A stretch of 63,367 nucleotides of DNA, filler included, from Octopus bimaculoides (GCF_001194135.2; 5 parts of 5 records of this genome joined end to end with filler, not necessarily neighbours in it), one strand, 5' to 3'; positions 1 through 11,161 are shown, counted from the first letter of the whole stretch. Translations and numbers: made by a program. The notes: generated by a model not told the origin, from the letters alone.

Positions 1-19
1 ATATATATGCGCGCGCGTG

Positions 20-252
20 TGTGTGTGTGTGTGTGCATGCGTGGTTTGCTTTTGTCTATACCTGTAACCACTCACGTTTGACCACCGGTGTTAGTTTGTT
101 TACGTTCTCATAGCTTAGTTGTTAGGTAAAAGGGAGCCATAAAATAAATACTAGACTTCAAAAATAAGCACTTGGGTCGACTTGTTTGAATAAACCTTTT
201 AGGGCGGTGTCCCAGTACGGTCGCAGTCCAATGACTAAAAAAGTAAAAGATA
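20..252 (+). mobile_element. 3' half of a tRNA-derived SINE (family B here), degenerate
   Basis: Follows a (TG)n tract and matches the 3' halves at 25110-25290 and 30703-30900 (gggtcgac/tt...ggcggtg.ccca g.a.ggccgcagtc.aatgact.aaa...gtaaaaga). Confidence 0.7.
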
Positions 253-549
253 TGCGATATTCTCAGCTCTTCCGTTCAATTCCATTCCACATCTTGGAAT
301 GAAATTCCGTTCAATTTCATTCCCATTTCTTTCTATTTCTATTTTCTTATTCTCTCACTCATTCTTGGATAGTCGAAAATTACCTCATAGCCTACTTGCA
401 TACCTCTATTACAGCCATCTCCAGTACTTGCGTACTTACCACTCTTATGTACACACTGCCAAAATTACATGCATACTGTCACTATTACCATTATTTTCAC
501 TGCTACTTTCTCATCGTAAATACTACATTTACCATTATTATCATAATTT

Positions 550-935
550 TTCCAGCTCTTATTGCTTTGGGTTCAAATTCCACCGTAGTCGACTATGCCT
601 TTCTTCTTTTCGAGGTCGATAAAACAAGTACCAGATGAGTTGTGGGGTTGATGTAATCAGTGAGGCAATTCCACCAAAATGTTAGGCATTGTGCCTATAG
701 TAGGAAGGATTATTATTGAAGGCATCGGGCTGGTAGAATCGTTAGTGTGTCAGAGAAAATACGGATTTCTTCCAGCTCTTTGCGTTCTGAATTCAAATAC
801 CGCCGAGGTCAACTAACTTTGACTTTTGTTCTCTCGGAGTCGATAGAATAAGGTAGGTGTGAAGCACTGGAGTTGGTGTAATCGACTAACCCACTTCCTT
901 CTAAAATTGTTGGCCGTGTGCCAATACTTGAAACA
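550..935 (+). mobile_element. Two tandem degenerate copies of a tRNA-derived SINE (family A here)
   Basis: B-box-like ttcaaattccaccg (about 572) and ttcaaataccgccgaggtcaact (about 792), each followed by gtcgata.aa.aag.a...tg.aatc. Same layout as the cleaner copy at 2436-2645. Confidence 0.7.
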
Positions 936-1214
936 CTTAGTTTTTAAAAATTTAATTTTACCCCTGTTGGATTTAAACAGAACCAAGAGGAAACTGAGTA
1001 AATAATCGGAATTCATTTGTTATAAAGCCGAAAGAAAACGCACCCCTAGCTTTTATCTATTAATTACTTGGATAATCTCAGTCGATATTTTCAACTCACC
1101 AAATTTACATATGTAAGTCCCTTTCCTGCCGTATGCGTAATTCATTTAATATGACGTTCGATAATTCGGTCATCTACACTCCCACTTAATAAATCTAATA
1201 AATGATTTCTATAC

Positions 1215-1425
1215 TTCGGCTCCATGCCAAAAACTTCGGCTCCTGTTTTGAGATGGGTTGGTGGTGTGGAATGACTGATTCGACCTAATCACTCCCAGTA
1301 CTTGAGTGTTACTATTTCACCCCCTACTCCACCTCGAGGGATATGAAAGGCAAACTCAAGTCACATGAACTACTGGATTTGAACTCAGAAGATAAATAGG
1401 CGTGATTAAATGTTGTCATCCAACT
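1215..1425 (-). mobile_element. Degenerate family A SINE
   Basis: Reverse complement carries ttctgagttcaaatcc...gcctttcatatccctcgagg as in family A. Confidence 0.5.
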
Positions 1426-2194
1426 ATCTGTTTTCTTTCTAATAAGTGTTTATTGGATTAATAAATAATTAAACATTAAAGGAGGAGCTTCCCTCTCTTG
1501 TTCATGGACAGTAAAACATCTGCGAGGAAACCAAGAGTTTCGGCCCTTGGTAAGTCCCTTCAATGTTTTTGTTGCATAACTTCTTCCTCATCTAGGTCAA
1601 CTCTGATTGAGCAGGCCTATGGCTAAAAGCTATCCATTCATGTCTTTGGAGATATATCTTAGATTACATTATCCTCGTTTTCTAGCCCTGTTTACTTATT
1701 CGGATGGGTTTAATATGAGATTGAAGTTGATTTGTGCATTAGAAACTAACACATACGCACAAATTCACACTAATCTACGCATACACGCTGGTGCGGTCTT
1801 TGTTGGGGTTAACAATCATGAAAAATACATGTTATCGAGTATATTCATTTGTGTGAAACATTTAGCCCACACCAAACACCGTTGCTCAGAATTTCTCTCG
1901 CGAAGCGAAGTTGTGATCCCCCAGGCGAGAAAAAAAGAAAAGGATCAAAATTACCAGTAATCATTATTCCTAACTTTGACGTGAAGCCAGTAATTGTTGT
2001 AAGAAATGAGTATCGAGTTAATCAATCCGGTACTAAACTGATATGCATTTTATCAGTTCTCATGAAAGAAGAAAGCAACGTCAACCTGTGTAAGGCTTGA
2101 ACGTAGAACGTAAAGGAACATAACTTATTACCACAAGACAGTTTGTTCAGTACTCTACTGATACTACCATCGACCAATCTTCTCATTTTCAATG

Positions 2195-2405
2195 GTAATA
2201 ATGGTTTCTGATTTAGGCACGAGACCAACAATTTTTAGGTTAGTCGATACCATCGACTCTAATACTTGACAGGCACTTTATTTTGTCGACTCCGGAGTAG
2301 TGAACGGCAAAGTTGACTTCGGCCGGATTTCAACTCAGAATGAACAGAACAAATACTGTAAATCATTTTCCCGATGCACCAACGACTTTTATTAGCATGC
2401 TGCCT
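2195..2405 (-). mobile_element. Family A SINE, degenerate
   Basis: Reverse complement reads ctgagttgaaatccggccgaagtcaactttgccgttc...ggagtcgacaaaataaagtgcc, collinear with 2436-2645. Confidence 0.65.
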
Positions 2406-2435
2406 TTAACCTTCAACAATAATAATAGTGTTAGG

Positions 2436-2645
2436 GGCGGTGAGCTGGCAGAATCGTTAGCACGCCGGGCGAAATGCTTAGCAGTATTTCGTCTGCCGTT
2501 ACGTTCTGAGTTTAAATTCCGCCGAGGTCGACTTTGCCTTTCGGAGTCGATTAAATAAGTACCAGTTACGCACAGGTGTCGATGTAATCGACTTAATCCC
2601 TTTGTCTGTCTTTGTTTAGCCCCCTGTGGGCAATAAAGAAATAAA
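2436..2645 (+). mobile_element. Family A tRNA-derived SINE, near full length
   Basis: ggcggtgagctggcagaatcgttagc (A-box-like), ttctgagtttaaattccgccgagg (B-box-like), A-rich tail caataaagaaataaataa. Multiple homologues in the window. Confidence 0.85.
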
Positions 2646-3764
2646 TAATAATGGTGTCGTTTAGCCCCATATCGTTTTCTGTTTTTATTTTTTCAAAAAT
2701 AGTATATTATAGCTAGACTAAAGTGTTGTTACCCGACAGATGACAGTTAATGCTGGGAATATATACTTTTACTTCTGAGAGTAATATTTCATAAGTATAA
2801 CAATTATCGTTACTTGTTTTTTTTTAAATCAAATTTCACACAATCCTTTTGCAAAATATAAGCGCAATGTTGCCAAATTATTAAGAAATTCGATTCGTGA
2901 CTATGAGGTTCTGAGTTCAATCCTTCGGCAGGTCATCTTGGGCAAATTTCGTTTTCTATTGTCTCGAATCAGTGAAATTGGGCAGACAATAGCTATAATC
3001 CAAAATATATAGCCTTGTCATGCACTGTCAAATTGATTCTGCTTGAGAATTGCGTTTGTCATACACGTTTCTTTGGAATGCTCTGCTACTTACACCTTAA
3101 TTTAGGAGCAAATAAGCCCTGAATCCTCACAAAGATCCACCGTCACCATGCAGAATAAATTTTTTTAAAAATTAGAATAAAATGAAATATACTAATGATT
3201 TAAATTTGTATTTTTGTAGTCACTAAAAAGTTTTCGATGAACTAATTATGTTAAATATTGATTATTTCCATAATGTAGTGTGACATTTTTAGCGTGACCA
3301 AACAATCATCGATGAGTGTAATTAATATCGATACTCCGATTTGTGCTTCCTTATAAAGACAGTGGAGCTTGATACAAAGGATATCTGGCTTCTATTTCTA
3401 GCAAGCAAAGCTTTACCAGGTAGGAAACGATAGATTAAATTGGCTCAGTATTTTGATTGGTGCTTATTTTGTCGACCACCAACAAAATCGACCGCGGTGT
3501 GATTTGAACTGTGAATGGAAGACCAAGTTTCAGACATATTCAAATGCGGCCATACTGGGGCATCACCTTCAAGGGTTTAAGTCAATTATGTTGTCACCAG
3601 TATTTATTCTGTACGTAATTTCTCGATATATATTTATCGAATAGCAAACTTACGCTTTGACATGTGTTTATAACCAACGAACATTTAATGGTGAAAGGAC
3701 TCAATACATTTAGTAGAGTCAAACTTGAAGTTGCAGACAAGGTAATGCAAATACATATATATGG

Positions 3765-4075
3765 TGGATCTCCGTCGTTCGACAATGAAGACTCAGTTAT
3801 TCTATCAGCTGAGTAACCTACTCATGTAAGTGTGACTGACCATTCGACAGCTACGAGTAACTGTAACGTAATTCTCAGGCACATTCAGCGTGTCAGTGTG
3901 TGACACTTTTTGAATTACAGGTACAATCCATCCGATGAACTCTTATAAAGTTTGCATCTATTCAGTTTCACCCGAGGCTAAAATGAGACATTTGCCCAAG
4001 ATGCTGCGCATTGGGATCGAGCTCAAGGCTTTTTGGTTGCAAAGCGAACTTCTTAACCAGTATTGTCATACTGCT
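3765..4075 (-). mobile_element. tRNA-headed SINE with CORE-like middle and distinct 3' tail, degenerate
   Basis: Minus strand: head tggttaagaagttcgc...gagctcgatccc, then catcttgggcaaatgtctc, then a tail homologous to 40575-40775 (gtacctgta.ttcaaa...gtcacac...cacgctgaat...tacgtta). Confidence 0.55.
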
Positions 4076-4118
4076 CTCTCTCTCTTTCTTTCTCTCTCGC
4101 TCGCCCTCACACACACAC

Positions 4119-4163
<45 letters not shown>

Positions 4164-6159
4164 TTGTTTATTTGTTGAAGTAGCGCCGATGGCAAAATCG
4201 TTTGTGTCGATCAAATTTCGTTCTAGTATAGTTTCAGGTTAACTTTGCTGTCATTCTTTCGTGGTCGATAAAAGAGTACCAGTACAAATCAGTTACTGGG
4301 AGAAATTTAATTGGCAACAAATCAGAGGCTAGAGTTCTTAGAGCAGTCCAACGTTGCCTTCAACTTCTTTCTCGCAACTTGTGGGACGAAAACGGTGCCA
4401 AGTTGTATAATCTCTTCCCCTTCATTTGGACAACACAGATGGCGGGAGAAGGGATACCCGTTGCATGGTCAATGATCTGGCCACACAACCTTTGGTCAGG
4501 ACTGCGTCTTATGTTGGTTTAGTATGCACTACCAATACAGACTGAAGAACTACCACCAGAAGTCTTTCACTGTCTCTTGTGTATATGAACACAAAAGGAA
4601 ATTTGTATGCTTAGGTGCAAAAATTCTAAATGTTCAATGCACAAGTGTTAGGCAGTGTTATGATATATAGAACAAAAGAGGTATTATGGCAATAATCAAC
4701 ATATGCACTGATTGTATTTCATTTCTTTTACTACGTATAAGTGAGCTCGTTAACATTTAACTGATTAACTAATGGATTGTTAAATTAATCGTTCGGTTAG
4801 TCAATCAGCTAGGTTTGTCAAAGTCCTTTGCTTGCCATTCGCACCCTCATCAATGACATGCCCTCTCTGCTCTAGGTTTGCTTCAGGTCTGTCTGCTTGT
4901 CTCTTAGTTGAAAGGTTCTATATTTATATGGATGTGAGCGAGAACATATGCTGGAGAAACTAGGAGCCAAGTTGAAAAATTATGTCGGCAATCTATCAGA
5001 TAAACACGATGGTATGCTGAATAACATAGGACATAAAGATCATTTCTGTACTTGTATATGACTCATCTTTATGACAGATACACAAATATATACTATTAAA
5101 CGAATAGTATATTCTTAATAAAGAAATACTGTTAAAATGTAACGACCACACCACTACCCGTTACAAAATATATAAATAGAAAATACCACGAGCTATATAA
5201 GATGATTTACAAATTTACAGGTATATGCATACCTGTGCGTTGCTGACGCATACTACGATGTGCATGCATCTTGCCATATGTATGTATATGCATGTAAATT
5301 GTTGATGCATACCATCATGCACAGGCATCTTGTCCTCAGATTGGTCGATAAGTATAGTGTAAATTAGATACTGCGGCGAACATGTTAAATCCCTTCTACC
5401 ACTCTCCACCAGAAGAAAACTGTGGATCTACATGTTGGTATACATACATTCTTGTGAGGGTGACGTTAGTAAACATACACTGCGTATTAGGGTGTGTAAA
5501 TAAACATTCATCGAAATGTTGATAAACATACATCTGTGTGTTTTGTGTATATGCGAGTTTATATTATTTGCATGCGCGTGTGAAGTATATTTCATTGGTA
5601 ATTAAATTCGTTATTTTTTGAGTTACTAGAATGAAAAAAATTATATGTATTATAAATGAGTAGTTTAAGATGTGGATTCAGAAAATCGTGCAGCTATCAT
5701 AGAAAGCTCCTCCTACGGTTTCGGTTAGCAGTCTACATAGGCATCAATTACAAAGAAATGCTATGCAGAGTGTTCATGTATCTGAAATCGATGAGAATAT
5801 TTCATGAGAAATATATAAAACCATAAAGTCAGTAAGTATGAGAAGTGAATATATATTTATTTAACCACTTGACTTCCATAGCATTACAGCGATTTCGCAA
5901 CCTTCTTCACGTATTAATTTCAGTATAGAATTAATTAATTTCAGTATAGAAGTAATATTAATTTCAGTATTAATTTCAGTAGGTTGCATTCAGAGTTGAA
6001 TTGTTGTTGTAACCATGATGTTCTGGTAATCTGATGAGTTTGCTTTCTTTATTTGCTTTAATTTGTGAATATACAATTGTATTGTATAATGGTGAGCACA
6101 CATATTAATGCATACATGTACGCATGTATGCCCTGCTCTACTAGTACACTAAACTGACT

Positions 6160-6820
6160 GAAATGCAAACAAAATACAATGGTCCTGGAAGGATCGTAAT
6201 TTCTGAATCAAAATCAGTGCGCGACCCGAGCACTGACATGAATATTGATGCCTCTTTCCAGGTGCTTATTACCAAGTTGGCAATAAAATGCAGGCGGCTG
6301 GCCAGATAGATTCTTAGAACTCCCAGAACAAGAGAAGAGGAAGCCATGATGATCCTCTGGAGGACATTTGTCCGCAGCCTACTATGGTCACCACGCAGTG
6401 TAAAATTAAAGCTGGAACTCGAAGCAATCTACGAAGCTACACAAAAAGGGTCGTCTCAATGCAACAGGACAACTACAGGGAAAGGCTGAAGAAGTTAAGA
6501 CATTAGCTCCTAGAACAAAGGCGGGAAAGATATGCAGTGATATACACCTGGAAAGTACTGGCATTGAAAGTTACAAAAACACCAGTATTAGACGCCGCTG
6601 CATAGTGCTAAAGACCGCCATCAAGATACAGGACCAAATACTGCTACAGCTTGGGTTTCAAGGACCCACAACACTTTAATATTCCCTCAAAAAACCTAAC
6701 AGACCTACATGGGGTGAATGTAGGAATCTTAAAAAAAAAACTGCCAAAATTTCCCGATGAAACCCAATTGAGGGCAGTAACATCAAACTCTCTCATTCAC
6801 CAAATGCCCAGAGGAGGTTT
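6160..6820 (+). mobile_element. CR1-clade LINE 3' fragment (RT C-terminus), frameshifted
   Basis: Piecewise translation gives SVRD..DMN.DASFQV.ITKLAIKCRRLA..ILRT.RTREEEAMMILWRTFV, NYRERLKKL...LEQRRERYAVIYTWKVL and SLGFK.PQ.FN, typical of CR1 ORF2 ends. Confidence 0.75.
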
Positions 6821-6879
6821 GTAATTAATGAAACTGTAGTAAAACTTTCGAGCTCAAACTAGTGAAAGACAAAAAAATG

Positions 6880-6931
<52 letters not shown>

Positions 6932-6939
6932 CGCGCGCG

Positions 6940-6982
<43 letters not shown>

Positions 6983-7340
6983 CCATACTTTAATGCGAAC
7001 ACGTTATCTTTAAGGTAATGAATTTTACATTGATTTGATATTGTATCTGATGACAATTGTTTCACTCTTTAGGTGTGGTTTAAGAGAGATTTGGCTGCTA
7101 TGGCTGCTATTGAAAAGAATATTATGTGCATTATTAAAATACGCAAGAATTATTACTGAATATAGTTTCCATGCATAGTATTACTGAAGCTATTACATGT
7201 GAGGCATGGGTTTTCTTAGATTATTGTATAATCCCTAGGTTATTTCTGACATTTTAGTGATTCCATTCGGTACGTTTGTTTCATTGGAAAACCCTACTAT
7301 TTATTACAGAGAGGGAACGCTAAGCAATGATCAGTAAAAT

Positions 7341-7695
7341 TGTAATGTTATTACCAGTCCGAATATACTTGAAGCACGTTCGGACCGGTGAACAAGCTAC
7401 TCACTGCATTTTGTCAGGGAAAATATATCCTGTTTGTTGACAAATAGTGTGCATACAGCCAGATCAGTTCGTTCGCCGTCTGCTCGATTCCCCGTTGTCC
7501 GTGGCTGAAGTGGAGATAGCTACTCCGAAATGCTTGCATCTCACGGTCTGGGTAGACGGCGCTGCGAGCTGATATAGGTGTATACACACCATTTGTCAAC
7601 AAACGGGATATACTTTCCGTGATAAAACGCCGTGAGTAGCTTGTTTACCGGTTTGAACGTGCCTCAAGCATATTCGGGCCGATAATAACATTACA
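7341..7695. mobile_element. MITE / fold-back element with about 145-bp imperfect terminal inverted repeats
   Basis: Left arm tgtaatgttattaccagtccgaatatacttgaagcacgttc...aacaagctactcac...tttgttgacaaat matches the reverse complement of 7545-7695. Spacer about 55 bp. No TSD resolved. Confidence 0.8.
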
Positions 7696-8477
7696 GTCCT
7701 ACAATTTATGCTCTGAAAGTCTGGTATCTTCATATTGGTTGTGATGGATCCGTACAGTTTGTTCCTTGTGTTCCTGGATAATTATTCCTTCACTATCTAA
7801 AAGTATTAATGAATGTAAATGAAGTAATATTAATTTTGAAATAAACTATTAAAATTGACATTATGAAATTAATGAACTTAATTAGAGAGGAATATAGCGA
7901 GACATGACTACTCTAGCTGGAAAAAAAGGAGATAAAGAGAGAATGGAGGATAAAGAGGGGTTTATATACCCATAACATGAGTATTTTATAGTTCAACTTG
8001 CGTCATAGCAGCTTAGAATAAGCTAAATTACCGTTGTTACTTTCCTTAACGTTGTTTAGAAATGCCGTTGTTAATGTTATACAATGCATTGTATTGTATA
8101 TAAGACTAATATTTCTTTTGTCATACGTGTATAGGAACTTGTAAAATGGGAAAGGAAATATAGATTTTTTAAAAAAATTGGTTTAAGAAAGTTTTGTCTA
8201 AGTTAAAGGATCAGATAAAATTTCTCTGTTGTGTAGTAAAGACAAAGTTTACGTCGGCGGTAAGTGAAATCGGAGCGTAATGAACCAAAGTAAATACCGC
8301 AAAGCATTTTGTCCTCTGCGCTAAGGATTAAAATTTTGTTGCTATCTCATCGTTTTGGATTGTGTGTGCACATGTGCAAACTCTGTTATTTTGTTTTATA
8401 CGAATGGTTTTTGTACCTTTCACGTAGGCTATTTTAACCAATAAAGAAACGATCATTGTCATTATTGTATTACTATT

Positions 8478-8998
8478 GCCATCAAAGTGATACTGGGATA
8501 CAAATATACGGAGCCCAATATACCCATCATGACTACACTAGGCACATACATCACAACCGTATGTGCGCGATATGGTGATCACATATCAAGATAAAAAGCG
8601 CATGACCTTGCAGGTGGGGCCCATTTAGAATTTTCTTCAGGTCGAGAAGCCCATCCCGCTCAAAAGGTCCTTGAATAAGGGTTGTTCAAGGATGTTGAAC
8701 GAAACACCCATGTTTCCAGAGCTGAATTATTCAAACTCCAAAGAATTCCTCTCAACACATGGCTATGATGCTCCGCCACTACTTCTGCTCGTGATATCAG
8801 AAATACATATATCGTCAGCCGCTAAGGGACATGCTCAACTGGTTAAGGTCAAACAACTGACCAGCAAATCTGTGGTATTGAGCAGAATATTTGCAGTAGC
8901 CCATCTTTTATACCAAGACAAAATATGTGCATGATAACACTTCCAGACAGTTAAGATCAGAAGCCATGAGAGCCAGTGCATGGTACTGCATCAGGGCA
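8478..8998 (-). mobile_element. Interspersed SINE-like repeat embedded in ATT/TTA repeats
   Basis: Non-coding 520-bp unit that I recall as a common octopus repeat. Bounded by degenerate ATT repeats on the left and (TTA)n at 9001-9055 on the right. Orientation inferred. Confidence 0.45.
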
Positions 8999-9003
8999 AT
9001 TAC

Positions 9004-9055
<52 letters not shown>

Positions 9056-9406
9056 TCATGTTTGACTTTTCTTTTGCATTTGTACAAGTTGGATCCAAGT
9101 CTCACCCAGAGACCTCAAGAGACAACAAGTTAGAAGTTCATGTAGGTGTTATGCCTAGGGTACCATATATTTGGATTTGTACATCGCAAGTTATTCCATG
9201 TTAAAGTTGTCGTATTTCTGTAATTTCAACCAATCACTGACGTCTATTCAGCTCAATAGAGTTACTGCTGGGCGGTCATAAAAATGTTATTCCCTGTGAC
9301 ATATTTCATCCGGTTTAATCGTAATTTATACGCATATATTGTTTATATAATAAATTACGCTGTGCGTATCTATGTGTGTAACAATTTTAGAGTTCGGATT
9401 CTAGAG

Positions 9407-9466
9407 TTAGGGTTAGTTTTAGGGTTAGGGTTAACAGTCTAGTTAGGATTAGGGTTAGGGTTAGGG
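9407..9466 (+). repeat. Interstitial telomeric-type repeats (six perfect TTAGGG plus variants)
   Basis: ttagggttagttttagggttagggttaacagtctagttaggattagggttagggttaggg read directly. Confidence 0.9.
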
Positions 9467-9507
9467 GATTAATACGATATACACCGTTACAGCGCTAACT
9501 GTTTTCA

Positions 9508-10577
9508 ACATGTGACTGCGTCTGTAACTATGTATGTGTGTCCGTGTACATGTGTGTATGTGTGTGTGAGTGTGTGTGTGTGTGTGTGTGTGCGTGCGTG
9601 TGTACGCGTGCCTATCTGTTGCGCATGTGTGTTTATGTGGGCTTTCCCAATACATTGTTTATATCCGTGCCCTTTATATTGTTCCTAGTGGTACTTTGAC
9701 CCTCCCCTCACCTACATTTTCTCCTCCACCGCTGCTGTTGCTGCTCCTGACCCTTACTTTTGATATTGTTCTTGTATCCCTCTGTGTCTGTGTGTTCGTT
9801 CACTCTGCTGCCATCGTGGTTGTTGTTCTTGTGGCCATTAGTGAAGTTACTGTATGTGTGTTTGTATGTGTATATGGGTTTGCATACTATGTTGTTTGTA
9901 TCCGTGCCCTTTATACAGTTTTCTTTTTGTTTACCTATGTATCTCTATTATATTTATCATAGGTACGTGCATGTTTGTTTTTTGTGTGTGTTACACCGTT
10001 TGTATCTGTGTTTTTTTCTTTTCTGTCTTTAGTCGTCGTATTGCGTGGTATGGTGGTAATGGGTGTTATTGTTCCATTCGTGTTTCCTGTTGAGGCTCAG
10101 TCTATTTATTACTATGTGTGTGACTTCAGTAATCTAAGTGATGTGTTAGTTTTATGCGTTGATAATACTTTAACCTCTATATTATTAACTGAGCATTTGT
10201 ATTCTACTTGAGCACGTTAGTAGAGCAATGACGAGCTTTTCTTCTCCCGCCAGTGTTCGTCTATTCGCTCCCCTATATTGCGTGCCGCCTCCACAATGTA
10301 AGTTGTTGTCTTGTTTCTGCATCGTCTTTCAGTAGATCGTACTATATATGTTGTATGTCAACGCAACAGCGGGGGAGAAAACGTAGGTGAGGGGAGGGTC
10401 AAAGTACCACTAAGAACAACAATATAAAGGGCACGGATATAAACAATGTAGTGGGCAAGCCCATATACAAACACATAAGCACACATGTGAAACACAGACA
10501 TGCACACACACGCACACACACATACACACACACTCTCTCTCTAACACACAAACACATACGTGTACACACACACACAC

Positions 10578-10627
<50 letters not shown>

Positions 10628-10915
10628 ACAGACGCAGCTACATGTGCAGATAAGGAAATGCATCATAGAAAGACAGAATGGATTAAGCAGAGCAGGAGGG
10701 CACACGTGGACAGAAAGGGTTGCTGAAGAGGTCACAGATGTGTGACGAAAGATTTCCTGACAATGAACATCAGATAAAATAAGAACAGTAATACACGAAT
10801 GAAGAACGAATATATAGTGCGTGTATTTATTTGGCAAAAGGAGAAAAAAAATGACCATTCTGAAATATAAGAATATCTGTTTCAACACAGTTTCACAACG
10901 GGAATCTTGCAACAG
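9508..10915 (-). mobile_element. Penelope-like element (PLE) remnant: 5'-truncated GIY-YIG C-terminus on minus strand, 3' pseudo-LTR (9508-9741) and inverted pLTR copy (10363-10915)
   Basis: Minus-strand translation from 10321: CRNKTTTYIVEAARNIGERIDEHWREKKSSSLLY*RAQVEYKCSVNNIEVKVLSTHKTNTSLRLLKSH, then frameshift ..INRLSLNRKHE. This fits the PLE GIY-YIG pattern C..C..YIGET.R.L.ER..EH ... L.LLES..I...P.LN. Arms 9508-9741 and 10363-10645 are inverted copies. Confidence 0.75.
10715..10763 (+). ncRNA. Minimal type I hammerhead ribozyme-like motif (variant)
   Basis: CTGAAGA (10723-29), extra G, perfect stem II GTCACA-gatg-TGTGAC, GAAA (10747-50), GATT, TC (predicted cleavage after 10756). Stem I is poorly paired in this copy. 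Confidence 0.65.
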
Positions 10916-10922
10916 AAATTCA

Positions 10923-10955
<33 letters not shown>

Positions 10956-11077
10956 NNNNNNNNNNNNNNNNNNNNNNNNNNNNNNNNNNNNNNNNNNNNN
11001 NNNNNNNNNNNNNNNNNNNNNNNNNNNNNNNNNNNNNNNNNNNNNNNNNNNNNNNNNNNNNNNNNNNNNNNNNNNNN

Positions 11078-11161
11078 ATTCTTGTAGGTTCTTCAAAATA
11101 TGGTTTCACTTCAGAGGATCTGCTCTGAAGTGAAACCATATTTTGAAGAACCTACAAGAAT
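11078..11161. repeat. Perfect 39-bp inverted repeat with 6-nt loop at a gap edge
   Basis: attcttgtaggttcttcaaaatatggtttcacttcagag-gatctg-ctctgaagtgaaaccatattttgaagaacctacaagaat. Confidence 0.95.

Noticed and set aside
1525-1566. Possible hammerhead (gccgaaac on the minus strand within a small hairpin)
   Set aside because: No CUGANGA box, and the accaag/cttggt stem encloses the GAAA in the wrong topology.
4540-4570. ctgaaga...gaag.tct resembling a decayed PLE hammerhead, next to a possible CR1 tail at 4320-4470
   Set aside because: GAAA and stem II are absent, and both similarities are too weak to call.
4778-5165. Possible LTR ending in gttaca after AATAAA, with a small tgtaacg/cgttaca inverted repeat
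   Set aside because: No matching start or TSD could be fixed.
10300-10335. Hammerhead-like ctgaaaga...gaaac on the minus strand
   Set aside because: No stem II or NUH site can be formed, and the bases are better explained as GIY-YIG coding sequence.
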